Positions 1-11,100 of a stretch of DNA of 64,000 nucleotides are shown in pieces. The stretch comes from a bacterium (lineage in GTDB: Bacteria; Margulisbacteria; Marinamargulisbacteria; GCA-2716485; JAYNIM01), in the NCBI GenBank assembly GCA_038109055.1, contig JAYNIM010000006.1, positions 13,334 to 77,333 on the forward strand, written 5' to 3'. The notes below the pieces were generated by a model. It saw only the letters and a program-made list of their open reading frames with translations. It was not told the origin of the DNA and did no database searches. The translations under genes and the position numbers were made by a program. Within the stretch, counting starts at the first letter, position 1. The number at the start of each line of letters is the position of its first letter.

Positions 1-98
1 AAATTGTAAAAGATATAAAAAACTATAAAAAGAAAAGTAAAAAAGAAATAAAAGAAGAACGCTACAATAAATTCAGAAAAATGGGCAAAACCAAATAG
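1..98 (+). CDS. accA: 3' end of acetyl-CoA carboxylase carboxyltransferase alpha (partial)
   Basis: Hand translation from nt 3: IVKDIKNYKKKSKKEIKEERYNKFRKMGKTK*. RYxKFRxMG is the typical AccA C-terminus. Confidence 0.7.
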   Translation, partial: IVKDIKNYKKKSKKEIKEERYNKFRKMGKTK

Positions 99-277
99 AA
101 AGAGTCAAAAACATCCGTAATCTAACTGTCCCCCAATAAATACCTTTACATATTTACTTTAATTAAGATAACAACAAGACAAGTATGAACTGGGACAACC
201 CATATATAGATATACATGGGTACAAAAACAACCCATTAACACCTTAATCGCTCAAGATAAGTTATAATATAACCCTC

Positions 278-940
278 TTAAGGGTACAAACGATTAATCT
301 TCCAAGCCCCTTTTTTATCTTGAACGTAACATAAACGATCATGCAAGCGAGATACTCGTCCCTGCCAAAACTCAAAAAAAATAGGCCTTAAACAGTACCC
401 ACCCCAATTTTTTGGTAAAGGAATAGGCTTTCCTTCATATTTATTTTTATAAAAAATAAATTCTGAATCTAAGCAATCTCGATGTGAAACACTCTGCGAT
501 TGTTTAGAAAGTAATGCCGAAATTTGACTATCTCTAGGGCGCGACCTAAAGTAAGTCAAACTTTCTTTTCTAGACAGTTTAGAAACATCCCCTTTAACAT
601 AGATACAACGTTCTTGCTGCACAAAAAAGAATTGCAAACAAGCTCGAGAATTCACTGATAAATCTTGGCCTTTTTGACTTAAATAATGACTAAAAAACAC
701 AAAACCTTTTTTAGAAAATCGAGATAACAAAACAACACGAGAGCTTGGCTGTCCTTGCTCCGACACAGTCGATAACGTCATGGCATTAGGAGCAGACGGG
801 TTCAATGCAACATAGGCCTCAAACCAATCGTTAAACTGATCAAAAGGAGAGTCACTCAGATCTTTTTCTAGTAACTGTAACTTTGCATAATCAAATCGAA
901 ATTTTTTTTGCAAATCTTCTTCAGATGATAGATCAACCAT
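278..940 (-). CDS. pdxH: Pyridoxamine 5'-phosphate oxidase
   Basis: PNAMTLST, PSSRVVLL, YFRSRPRDSQI, WGGY, EFWQGRVSRLHDR motifs. Confidence 0.95.
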   Translation of the reverse strand: MVDLSSEEDLQKKFRFDYAKLQLLEKDLSDSPFDQFNDWFEAYVALNPSAPNAMTLSTVSEQGQPSSRVVLLSRFSKKGFVFFSHYLSQKGQDLSVNSRACLQFFFVQQERCIYVKGDVSKLSRKESLTYFRSRPRDSQISALLSKQSQSVSHRDCLDSEFIFYKNKYEGKPIPLPKNWGGYCLRPIFFEFWQGRVSRLHDRLCYVQDKKGAWKINRLYP

Positions 941-950
941 AAGACGTCAT

Positions 951-1877
951 CTAAGAAGATTTTTTTCCACGCCGTAAATACAAAAAAAGTACAGGACTTG
1001 CAATACACAACGAGGAATATGTCCCACAAAAAATCCCTATCAATAAAATAATTGAAAATTGGGTAATAGTGACTCCGCCAAAAATAATCAAGGATAAAAT
1101 AACCAAAAAGGTCGTGACCGAGGTATTAATGGTTCTCAACAAAGTCTGATTCAACGATAAATTAAGCAATTTAACATTCGTTAGACCAAGCTCAGCCTCC
1201 CTATTTTCACGAACACGGTCAAAAACCACTATCGTATCATTAATAGAATAGCCTAAAACAGTCAAAAAAGCAGCGATAAAAATAGTGTTTATTTCCAAAT
1301 TAAAAATAGCCGCAAATGAAAAAATAACAAGCGCATCATGAAGCAAAGCGGTCAATGCTGCCAACCCATATGAAAACTCAAACCTCAAAGAAATATAAAG
1401 CAATAAAAACAGAGCCACCAACAGGGTAATCCAGATCGAAACCTTTTTTAGTTGTTCCCCAATTGAAGGCCCAATATAATCAATTTCCAACACATCAACT
1501 GCACCAAATACCTGTCCTAAATGCTCCATCAAAGGAGCATGTTGACTTTTCATATACAAGGTTTTAAGCAACACATCATGGTCACGACTTAAACGCAACG
1601 AAACCTTATCAATCCCATAATCAAACAGCGCTTCACGCAAAGAATTCAAAAACACCCGAGACAACTGTCTTCTCTGATCAGGGGCTTTTTCAACCGATGC
1701 CGTAAAATCAGAAAAACGCAAAATCATCGCATGTCCACCCAAAAAATCAATCCCATAATTTAACAAAGGCTTCGACTGAACAAAACGTGAACAAGCCACA
1801 AAAAAAGCAACAAAAAACAAAAGCAGCGACACAAAAAACCATAAATTTCTTTTCTCAATAAATTTAAATGTAAACAT
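951..1877 (-). CDS. secF: Protein translocase subunit SecF
   Basis: GIDFLGG, GYSINDTIVVFDRVRE, RTINTS; follows secD. Confidence 0.95.
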   Translation of the reverse strand: MFTFKFIEKRNLWFFVSLLLFFVAFFVACSRFVQSKPLLNYGIDFLGGHAMILRFSDFTASVEKAPDQRRQLSRVFLNSLREALFDYGIDKVSLRLSRDHDVLLKTLYMKSQHAPLMEHLGQVFGAVDVLEIDYIGPSIGEQLKKVSIWITLLVALFLLLYISLRFEFSYGLAALTALLHDALVIFSFAAIFNLEINTIFIAAFLTVLGYSINDTIVVFDRVRENREAELGLTNVKLLNLSLNQTLLRTINTSVTTFLVILSLIIFGGVTITQFSIILLIGIFCGTYSSLCIASPVLFLYLRRGKKSS

Positions 1878-1880
1878 ACC

Positions 1881-3206
1881 CTATCCTTTTACCTGAAACA
1901 GCGTTCTTCCCCGAAATAATTGCAGATAAAGTTCAATCAACCACTTAGACACAACCAATGCTGTAAACATACTAGACAAAATCCCAATACTCAAAAAAAC
2001 AGCAAATCCTTTGATCGACCCCGTCCCCAAAAAGAAAAGAACAGCGGCTGCCACAAGGGTTGTAATATTCGCATCTAAAATAGCCACAAATGCCTTAGAA
2101 AACCCATCTGAAATCGCCTTAGCAAGTGATTTTTTCAAACGAAACTCTTCCTTAATGCGTTCAAAAATAATAATATTTGCATCAACTGCCATTCCCAAGG
2201 TTAAAATCAACCCCGCGATACCTGGCAAAGTTAAGGTTGCTTGAAATAGTTTAAACACAGCAACCACAAGTAACAAATAATAAACCAACGACAAACAAGC
2301 CACAAACCCAAAAACACGATAACTTAAAACCATGTAAACAACCAACAAGGCTATCCCAACAATACCTGCAACTTTACTTTTTTGCAAAGAGTCTGCCCCT
2401 AAAGAAGGCCCCACAATTTTATCAGATAATATTTCTACCGGAACAGGCAAAGCCCCTGCTTTCAATTGAATAACCAAATCACGCATTTCACGAACAGTAA
2501 ACCCACCTTCAATCTGAGCTCGACCACCCGCAATAGCCTGACGAATATTAGGTGCAGAAATAACCTTGCCATCCAATAAAATAGCCAAAGGCTTTCCCAC
2601 ATTTTCCTGTGTCACAGCATGAAACAACTTGGATCCTTCAGATGTGAATTCTATATCAACCGAAGGTTGTCCATACTGATTGGTACCTGCATAGGCTGTT
2701 TTCAATGCAGCACCTGTCATCACTGTTTTTTTCAAAAAAATAGGAATGCGACGCTGCACACGTCCCAAATCATCATACTGTATCACCTCAGATAAACGGG
2801 CATCATCCCCCGCCAACAAGGCTAACTTATCCGCAGATAAAGACCCCACATCTATAGGCGCCCATTCAGCTTCTACAAACTCTAATAAAGCTGTTTGCCC
2901 AATCATTGAAATAGCATGCTCAGAATCACGAACTCCAGGCAACTCAACAATAATTTGCTTAAATCCTTTACGTTGAATAACAGGTTCAGATACCCCCAAG
3001 GAATCCACTCGCTGCCGTATAATTTGAATAGCCCCAAGAACAGCATCCTGATCTACTTTACGTAAAGGGGTATCTTTCGCCTCTAAAACAACACGCACCC
3101 CACCCTGTAAATCCAAACCCAAAAATATCGGAAATTTAACCACAACATACACACTCAAAATCAATATGGAAAAAATAAAAAGAATCGTGAAAGTTAAATG
3201 TTTCAT
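1881..3206 (-). CDS. secD: Protein translocase subunit SecD
   Basis: LGLDLQGG, LTLPGIAG, GMAVDANIIIFERIKEE. Confidence 0.95.
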   Translation of the reverse strand: MKHLTFTILFIFSILILSVYVVVKFPIFLGLDLQGGVRVVLEAKDTPLRKVDQDAVLGAIQIIRQRVDSLGVSEPVIQRKGFKQIIVELPGVRDSEHAISMIGQTALLEFVEAEWAPIDVGSLSADKLALLAGDDARLSEVIQYDDLGRVQRRIPIFLKKTVMTGAALKTAYAGTNQYGQPSVDIEFTSEGSKLFHAVTQENVGKPLAILLDGKVISAPNIRQAIAGGRAQIEGGFTVREMRDLVIQLKAGALPVPVEILSDKIVGPSLGADSLQKSKVAGIVGIALLVVYMVLSYRVFGFVACLSLVYYLLLVVAVFKLFQATLTLPGIAGLILTLGMAVDANIIIFERIKEEFRLKKSLAKAISDGFSKAFVAILDANITTLVAAAVLFFLGTGSIKGFAVFLSIGILSSMFTALVVSKWLIELYLQLFRGRTLFQVKG

Positions 3207-3209
3207 ACC

Positions 3210-4694
3210 CTATTTCTTAGGCCTCATATGAGGGAAAAGCAACACATCTCTTATAGATGCAGCATCACACAATAACATTACCAAACGATCAATTCCTATC
3301 CCCAAACCACCTGTCGGAGGCATACCATGTTTTAATGCCTGAATATAGTCTTCATCCATTTCATGTACATCTTCCCACCCCGCTTCTTTAGCTTTTAATT
3401 GATCTTTAAAACGAAATTCTTGATCAATAGGATCTGTTAATTCAGAAAAAGCATTTGCCAGTTCCATCCCACAAATAATACATTCGAAACGTTCAACAAA
3501 ATCAGGATTATCTTGTCGACGCTTTGCCAAAGGAGAAGTTTCCCAAGGATAGTCATAAATAAAAGTAGGTTCAATTAATTGAGGCTCAACAAGCGTGTCA
3601 TATAACTCCGTAATAATCTGACCTTTAGACGCTGAATTAGGCAACTCTATCCCGGCGGATACCGCCTTCGCTCTCAGTGAATCTTCATCCTCCACATCTA
3701 CCTGAACATATTTAACAATAGCATCTACCATACGTAAACGTTGAAAAGGCCGTGAAAAATCCAACTTTTTGCCTTGATATGATAAGATCAGTCCTCCACA
3801 ACACTCTTCAACCAAGGCCCTAAATAACTCTTCCGTCAACGTCATCATGGCCTCGTAATCAACATAAGCCTGATACAATTCCAACATAGTAAACTCTGGA
3901 TTATGTTTATATGAAATCCCTTCATTTCTAAACACACGTCCAATTTCAAAGACACGTTCATAACCTCCAACAATCAACCGTTTCAAATACAACTCCAAGG
4001 CAATCCGAAGATACAAATCTTGCTTTAATTCATTATGATGCGTCACAAAAGGTCTCGCTGAAGCCCCCCCATAAACAGACTGCAAAACAGGCGTTTCTAC
4101 TTCCATAAAAGCACGGTCTTCCAAAAAACGTCGCACAAAAGATATAATTTTAGAGCGTTTTTTAAACGTTTCACGAACATCCAGATTGGCAACTAAATCT
4201 AAATATCGTGATCGATAACGCAATTCTTTATCTTGCAAACCATGATACTTTTCTGGCAAAGGTAATAGTGCTTTACTAAGTAAAGTAAAAGAAGAAACTC
4301 TAACCGATAATTCACCCCGCTTTGTACGAAATGGTGTTCCTTGAACCCCCACCCAATCACCAACATCTAACTGTTGCAAAGAGGCCAAACCTTCCTGTCC
4401 TAATAAATCCAAGTTACTATAAATTTGAAGCGAAACATGTTCATCCAAAAGATGCCCAAAAAACGCTTTTCCATGGCCTCGCTTAGAAATTAAACGTCCC
4501 GCAACACTCACAGAGGTATCACAGCTATCTGAAACATCTTCAAAGGCCTTCAAAAAAGCAGGGTTATCATGCGTCCGATCAAACTTAAACACATATGGAT
4601 TTTGACCTGCATCAACCAACGCTTTAACCTTTAGTAGTCGCTGTGAATATTCTTGCTGGTCATTCAATTCAGAAACAAGCTTTAAATCAGACAT
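3210..4694 (-). CDS. lysS: Lysyl-tRNA synthetase (class II)
   Basis: EVETPVL, YLRIALELYLKRL, FRNEG, HNPEFT, GMPPTGGLGIGIDRL. Confidence 0.97.
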   Translation of the reverse strand: MSDLKLVSELNDQQEYSQRLLKVKALVDAGQNPYVFKFDRTHDNPAFLKAFEDVSDSCDTSVSVAGRLISKRGHGKAFFGHLLDEHVSLQIYSNLDLLGQEGLASLQQLDVGDWVGVQGTPFRTKRGELSVRVSSFTLLSKALLPLPEKYHGLQDKELRYRSRYLDLVANLDVRETFKKRSKIISFVRRFLEDRAFMEVETPVLQSVYGGASARPFVTHHNELKQDLYLRIALELYLKRLIVGGYERVFEIGRVFRNEGISYKHNPEFTMLELYQAYVDYEAMMTLTEELFRALVEECCGGLILSYQGKKLDFSRPFQRLRMVDAIVKYVQVDVEDEDSLRAKAVSAGIELPNSASKGQIITELYDTLVEPQLIEPTFIYDYPWETSPLAKRRQDNPDFVERFECIICGMELANAFSELTDPIDQEFRFKDQLKAKEAGWEDVHEMDEDYIQALKHGMPPTGGLGIGIDRLVMLLCDAASIRDVLLFPHMRPKK

Positions 4695-4826
4695 TTAATT
4701 ATTTTACGAAAATTTCAGCAAAAACAAAATAGACAATTCACAAACAAATAAAGGCTATAAAAAAACACAAAGATTACTCTTCTTAATCCATACCAATAAC
4801 GTCTTAAAACAATCAGTCAAACAGGG

Positions 4827-6038
4827 TTACAACAATGTTGTAATCATATCAAAAACCGGCAAATATATACCTAATGCCAAAAGTAAAATAAAAAAGCCCA
4901 ATAAAAAAGTGATAGTTGGATTAATAATAGAAAAAAAATGCTTAATCTTAAACTTCAATTCTCGATCCACATAAAAAGATAAATTTATTAACATTTTTGG
5001 CAAAGTCCCCGATTTTTCACCAACGGATAAAGAATGAAATAGAAGAGCAGGCAAAACATTTTTAAATCGAAATAACACAACACTCATTGTTCCCCCTTGT
5101 TGCAGAGACACCCTTAACTGTTGAAACATAAACTTATAATAAGGGTACACAACAGTTGACTCTAATAACATTAAACTTTGCAGTAAATGCACACGATGAC
5201 TAATCAAAAGGTCTAATACTTTCACAAAACGAAACGAAAAAAATATTTGAATCAAAGGCCCTATCAAAGGTAATTTCAATAATAAATAAGAACACCTATA
5301 ATAAAAATAGCTCCACTGACACAAGCCATAAAGACATCCCCCAAAAACTAATAAAGAAAACAATAAAACGTAAGAATAATTAACAAAAAAATTAGAAATA
5401 GAGAATAAAACCACCGTAGGTAATGGCAACGCAACCCCTTCACCGACAAATTGTATAAATTGAGGAACAACAAAAACCAACAAAAAAATAAATACAAGCA
5501 ACATACTTACTAACAAAATAAGTGGATAAAACAAACTCTGTCTAAATTCTTGATAAAAATTATCTTTTTTTTCCATATATAGTAATAAGCGCTGCAACGC
5601 TCCTCCCAAATCTCCAGACATCTCTCCGGAAGAAATAACCGCCGAAAAATAAGATGGAAAATATGCTGGAAAATTTAAAATAACCTCTGAAAAATTACGT
5701 CCTTTACGAATCTCGATCAATAATTCTCCAACACAATAAAACAAACGTTTATTCGTTATTTGTTTAATAATAAGCCCCAAAGCATCAATCAACGAATACC
5801 CAACCTGAAGACAATTTGATAATAGATAAATAAAATTAATCAAATCAATAGGACGGGGTTTCGGAGATAAAAATAAGAAAAAACGGTCAATAAAAGTAAG
5901 TGATAAGGGCCTAATAAAAAGAAATTGTTGCGCAAGAGAACAAAGAGTTTTTTTAGCTAAAATAGCAGAAGAAAACATTTTCTGAACTTGAACCAAATGA
6001 CCAGAATGATCAATATAAACACATAAAAAAGGCCGCAT
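4827..6038 (-). CDS. pilC: Type IV pilus / T2SS inner-membrane platform protein (PilC/GspF family)
   Basis: Two GspF repeats (GEMSGDL, GEKSGTL), YP..FVVPQF, LPLPT, IYLPVF; adjacent to the ATPase gene. Confidence 0.85.
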   Translation of the reverse strand: MRPFLCVYIDHSGHLVQVQKMFSSAILAKKTLCSLAQQFLFIRPLSLTFIDRFFLFLSPKPRPIDLINFIYLLSNCLQVGYSLIDALGLIIKQITNKRLFYCVGELLIEIRKGRNFSEVILNFPAYFPSYFSAVISSGEMSGDLGGALQRLLLYMEKKDNFYQEFRQSLFYPLILLVSMLLVFIFLLVFVVPQFIQFVGEGVALPLPTVVLFSISNFFVNYSYVLLFSLLVFGGCLYGLCQWSYFYYRCSYLLLKLPLIGPLIQIFFSFRFVKVLDLLISHRVHLLQSLMLLESTVVYPYYKFMFQQLRVSLQQGGTMSVVLFRFKNVLPALLFHSLSVGEKSGTLPKMLINLSFYVDRELKFKIKHFFSIINPTITFLLGFFILLLALGIYLPVFDMITTLL

Positions 6039-6040
6039 GA

Positions 6041-7696
6041 CTAAAAATCCAATACCCTTGCTACTTCACTCAACGAGGTGATCCCTTGCTTAATTTTCAA
6101 AAAAGCATCCGTCAAAATAGATTTCATACCAAAATCAACGGCAACCTGATGAATATGCTCAGAACTACTTTTTTTTTGTACCTGATCTCTAATATGTTCA
6201 TTCAAAACCATCACTTCAAAAACACCTGTACGTCCCCTATACCCTGTATTAAAACACTGAGAACATCCAACTGGAACACAAAACTCTACAGAGCTATCTT
6301 CTAGTAACAGCATCTCCATTATTCTCTTCTCTTTCGTAGATAAAGGATCATAGGTAGCTTGCTTAATCTTACATTTAGGACACAAACAACGCAGTAAACG
6401 TTGTCCAATAACCGCTAACAACGCACTATTTAATAAAAAAGGCTTATGTCCCATATCAAGAAAACGTGTAATCGACGCAGCCGCACTTCGTGTATGCAAG
6501 GTACTAAAAACCAAATGCCCTGTCATCGCAGCCTGTAAGGTCACAGAAGCTGTATCAAAATCTCTTATTTCACCAACCAAAATAACATCGGGATCTTGTC
6601 TTAAAACTGTTTTTAAACCAGACACAAAGGTCATATTTAACTCTGGATTAACCGCAACTTGATTCAAGCCTTGAAATTTATACTCTACTGGATCTTCAAT
6701 CGTCACTATATTACGGCTAGAAGAGTTAAGCTGATTCAACATAGAATACAAGGTAGACGTTTTTCCGGAACCTGTAGGACCACACACAATAATAACCCCC
6801 GAACTACTATTAATTAAGGGGTCTAATAACTCAAGAACATCCATCTGAAATCCCAACGATGCCAATGAATTATAAGCAGTCGCTCGATCCAACACACGTA
6901 AAACCATCTTTTCCCCCGTAATCGTCATCAATGTCGACACCCGAAAATCAACCTGACGCCCCTGAAAAGAAACCATCAAACGTCCATCCTGAGGTTTTCG
7001 TATCTCCGTAATATCCAAATTAGCCATTATTTTAATACGGCTCATCAATGAATGATGTAAAGACAACGGCAATGTCATCATATCCTTCAACAAACCATCC
7101 ATTCGGAAACGAACATTTAACACATCCTGAAAAGGCTCAAAATGGATATCTGACGCACCCACAAGAATAGCTTGATTAAAAATACGATCCACAATCTCCA
7201 CTGCAGACTCATCAGAAGCTAAGGTCTCCTCGGGCGAATCAAACACATCAACATGATGAACCTTTGTTTTTTCAAAACCATCTAAAAGAAGGGACAAACT
7301 TTTATCAAAACAGTGATTATTAGTCAAAACAACATCCAATTCCAACTCCAAAGAATGCGAAAGTTCTTCAAAAATACCCGATTGAAAAGGATTGGTAACT
7401 GCTACAAATAAAACATGCCCTAATTTAAATAAAGGTAAAATACGATATCGTTGAATAAGTTCCAAAGAAAGCTCAGAAAAAACCTTAGGATCAACCGTAG
7501 CATGATCAATATAATCAAATTTAATCGCCAAAAATTCTGCCAATGACTTTAAAATAACATCTTCATTAGCAAAAGAAGACTGCAGTAATTCAGCGAAAAA
7601 ATCCCTATTAGATTCTCGAGATCTTAGCAGAACATGATCTAGAAGTTCCGAAGAAACAATCTGCTGATCACGTAAATAACTTAAAAAAGTATCCAA
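6041..7696 (-). CDS. pilB: Type IV pilus / T2SS assembly ATPase (PilB/GspE family)
   Basis: ASDIHFEP, Walker A GPTGSGKT, TIEDPVE, LRQDPDVILVGEIRD, His box, CPKC/CSQC zinc motif; TTG start after GGGGAG. Confidence 0.9.
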   Translation of the reverse strand: MDTFLSYLRDQQIVSSELLDHVLLRSRESNRDFFAELLQSSFANEDVILKSLAEFLAIKFDYIDHATVDPKVFSELSLELIQRYRILPLFKLGHVLFVAVTNPFQSGIFEELSHSLELELDVVLTNNHCFDKSLSLLLDGFEKTKVHHVDVFDSPEETLASDESAVEIVDRIFNQAILVGASDIHFEPFQDVLNVRFRMDGLLKDMMTLPLSLHHSLMSRIKIMANLDITEIRKPQDGRLMVSFQGRQVDFRVSTLMTITGEKMVLRVLDRATAYNSLASLGFQMDVLELLDPLINSSSGVIIVCGPTGSGKTSTLYSMLNQLNSSSRNIVTIEDPVEYKFQGLNQVAVNPELNMTFVSGLKTVLRQDPDVILVGEIRDFDTASVTLQAAMTGHLVFSTLHTRSAAASITRFLDMGHKPFLLNSALLAVIGQRLLRCLCPKCKIKQATYDPLSTKEKRIMEMLLLEDSSVEFCVPVGCSQCFNTGYRGRTGVFEVMVLNEHIRDQVQKKSSSEHIHQVAVDFGMKSILTDAFLKIKQGITSLSEVARVLDF

Positions 7697-7757
7697 TCTA
7701 CTCCCCCCTATATAAAAGAACTACCCCGAAAAAATCATAGTCAAACCTAAAATCTAA

Positions 7758-8144
7758 TTAGTTAATAAACGAACGAACGGCTTCATCATAGTCCCCATAA
7801 ACACGCATTTTTGATGATACTTTCGTAATATCCAATACCCGCTTTACATCTTTAGTAGGGTTTAATAAAACCAAATTTCCATTTTTCTGAGACGCTTTTT
7901 TATGACCTTCAAACAAGGCCCAAAGTCCAGATGAATCAATATATGAAACCAATTTCAAATCCACTAAAACATTGTACATATCATCAGTAAAAATACCATT
8001 AATAACATCAACAAATTTTGCCTGATTTTCTATATCAAGTTCAACATCTCCCAACACAACGTCGCCAGAATCATCTCCCTCCAAGCCCAACTGGACATAA
8101 ACAAAACGAGGTTCAGATTCGAATTTTTTAGTGATAATTTCCAT
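7758..8144 (-). CDS. STAS-domain anti-sigma-factor antagonist (RsbV/SpoIIAA-like)
   Basis: DLKLVSYIDSSGL with phospho-acceptor Ser; VKRVLDITK. Confidence 0.9.
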   Translation of the reverse strand: MEIITKKFESEPRFVYVQLGLEGDDSGDVVLGDVELDIENQAKFVDVINGIFTDDMYNVLVDLKLVSYIDSSGLWALFEGHKKASQKNGNLVLLNPTKDVKRVLDITKVSSKMRVYGDYDEAVRSFIN

Positions 8145-11100
8145 GCGATACTCCTTTATTTAAATATTTTACCAAACATAACTCTGTCCCTTGAGTATGC
8201 GTGATATAATGCAATTTATCAACAAAAGATTTAATAAGATAAAGACCTAACCCAGACCCCTCTAATTCATTTAAATCTCCAAGCCTATGTTCAATATTTT
8301 TTTTATCCATTTGCACGCCAAAATCACGAATAGAAATTTTCAAACAATCCACATAAGCGGAAAAAACAAAAATAATATCCCCATCCTCTTTTTCAAAATA
8401 AGCATGTTCAATAATATTTGCCTGTGCCTCATTAACAGCTAATTTTAAATTATAGATATCTGATTCTAAAAACCCCATTTTTTTAGCAAACTGCTCCACG
8501 ATATTTCGAATATAAGAAATATATCGCTTGTGACTCTTAACACTTACTTTTTTAACATCAACCGCCACCCGAAGCTCTGGCACCCCCAACTGAAAATCAA
8601 CATTAAGAGCAATCAACGTTAAATCATCTTGCTGCGATCCTGATCCAGAAAAATTTTGCACCCGTTGATATAGTTTTTGCACAAAGGCATCCATATCCAT
8701 TGAAGAAAATTCCAAAATACTTTGCTTCAGTCGTTCTAAACCAAAGACCCCTTTATCAAAATGCTTAACTTCAACAAAACCATCTGTCAAAAAAACCAAA
8801 AGGTCACGATCTAATAAGGTGATCGTTTTTTCTTCATATTCAGAGTTTAAAACAGCCGCCAAAGGCAATCCTAAGGTATCTAACTGCTGAAATTGGCCTT
8901 TTGAAAGTAAAATAACTGGCTCATGCCCCGCGTTAGAATAGGTAAATTTCATCGTATCTAAATTTAGAATCCCATAAAATAAAGGAACAAATTTATCAAT
9001 AATATGTTCTTTTAATAAGACCGCATTAATTTTTTCTAACGCCTTTTTGGGCGAATTAAAATAGGGTAAATGTGTCTTCAAAATACTTTTTAACATCGCC
9101 ATAAACAAACCAGCAGGAATCCCTTTTCCAACAATATCTGCTAAGACTATCCCCACATCCCCGGATTCTAACTTAAAAAAATCATAATAATCTCCTCCAA
9201 TTTCTCGAGCAGGTACCGACAAGGCAGCCAAGGAAATATTTGGCAACACAGGGAGTTCCAAAGGCAACAATTTACTTTGTATTTCATTCGCAATTTTTAA
9301 CTCTTGCTCGAGCTTCTGATTCGCTAAATTCTGTTCAAAAAGCATAGCATTATGTATCGCAGTACCAGATAAATTTGTAATAGTCGTTAAGGTATTAATA
9401 TCTTCCTGAGTCAAAGAAAGCTGCCCTCCCTCACATTTTTTGGCAAGATTAATCACACCAATCAAATTATTATGAACAACAATAGGAATACATAAATACC
9501 AATCTAAAAGAATTTTGATAGACGAACTCACCTGATCAGAATGAAGATAATCATCAACAAAAGACAGTTTTTTACTTCGAATAACAGCATCAGAAATAGC
9601 CTCTCCATCAATATAGCGATACATTTTGCGAATTTTCTCTGGGAAATTCGAATGAATTTTACACACATACTGATCCCCTTCTTTCAATAAAATAGACCCC
9701 ATTTCAGCACGCGAGACATTAAGAATAAACTCTATTAATACAATTAATAAATTATCTAGATCCGTAATAGATTTGATAATTAAATTCACTTTAGAAATAA
9801 CTTCCAAACGCTGAGTCTTAATTTTATCCATCAATAACATATCTGTAATATCTCTAAAAACCAAAACCGTCCCTTCTATTTGCCCCTCTTCAGAAAAAAC
9901 AGGATTAATATTAACCGAAAAATAAAAATTCTCTAATTCAATTTTCTGGTTAAGCAGTGGCTTTTTATCCTCTAAAACCTGTTGATATAAAGTCCAAATA
10001 CCCAAAGACTTAAAACAATCCACCAAAATTCTACGATCAACATTTTCAGAGTCAAAAGAAAAAATTTTCCTCGCGACAGGATTCATTAATTCAAGTTGAT
10101 GAAACTGGCCTAAAACAATAACTGCATCATCCATACTACGAATCAACGTTGCCATACGAGACCGTTCTAAGGTCTTAACAATCTTTAGACGTTCTAAATT
10201 AATAGAAAACTGATTTGAAAGGGTATGCAAAAAATGACTATCCTTTTTACTAAACGCCTTAATTCGAGAGGAGCCAATATACAAAATACCCAAAACTTTT
10301 TCTTTAAAAATCAAGGGTACATTCACAGAAGAATTTACTTTTTTTAATGGATCAAACTTAATGTTCTGAGCATAAAATCTATAAACATCAGAAGGAATAT
10401 CGGAATTAAACTCAATAGAAAACAAAAAGGGACTAAGGGCCATAATCATCTCATCCTCGATAGATTTTCTTAAAGATGAATCAATCAGACAATTATCCCG
10501 AAAAAAAAACTTTGCTTCTGCTTCAAGCCCATATAAAAAAATAGAAGCAACTTCAACATTCAAAAGCTTATTCATGGCCGAGAAAATAAGCTTGACCATG
10601 GATTCAACCGTCAAGGCATAACCCAAAGCATTAGAGGTATCATTTAAAACAGTTAATTCTAGAATTCGAGATTCCAAAACAGAATCTTTACGAGTAAACT
10701 GAGAGTGAAAATCTTCAGGTTCTACCAGCAAATTTGTAATTTTTTGATGAACAAAAAAAGTATCTAAAGCAGCTACCATATCTAAAACAAAATCCTTAAC
10801 ATCTTGACTAAGCAAAGATTTTTTTCCCAAACTTAACGAACGTTTGTTTTCCCAATCGTGAATAAAAACAAAGCCGTTTAAGGAACCCTGTTCAGAAAAT
10901 AAAAATAAAAATAAGGCGTCCAAACAGTCATAAGAAAAGGTTTGTTTATCAAGAGAAAACTTCATGGTATCTAAAAAAGGCGACTCCAACCGATTAGAAA
11001 TATAATAATCAAAAAAAGGAACAAAATCGTGTTGGGATAAAAATTGCTTTGAAAAATTTAATGCCCACTGCTGCTCTGATTCAGAGAGAAAAAAATCATC

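Noticed and set aside
198..221. Inverted repeat ACCCATATATA-GA-TATACATGGGT and a 20-codon ORF between accA and pdxH
   Set aside because: AT-rich stem with no following U-tract on either strand; the ORF lacks an RBS
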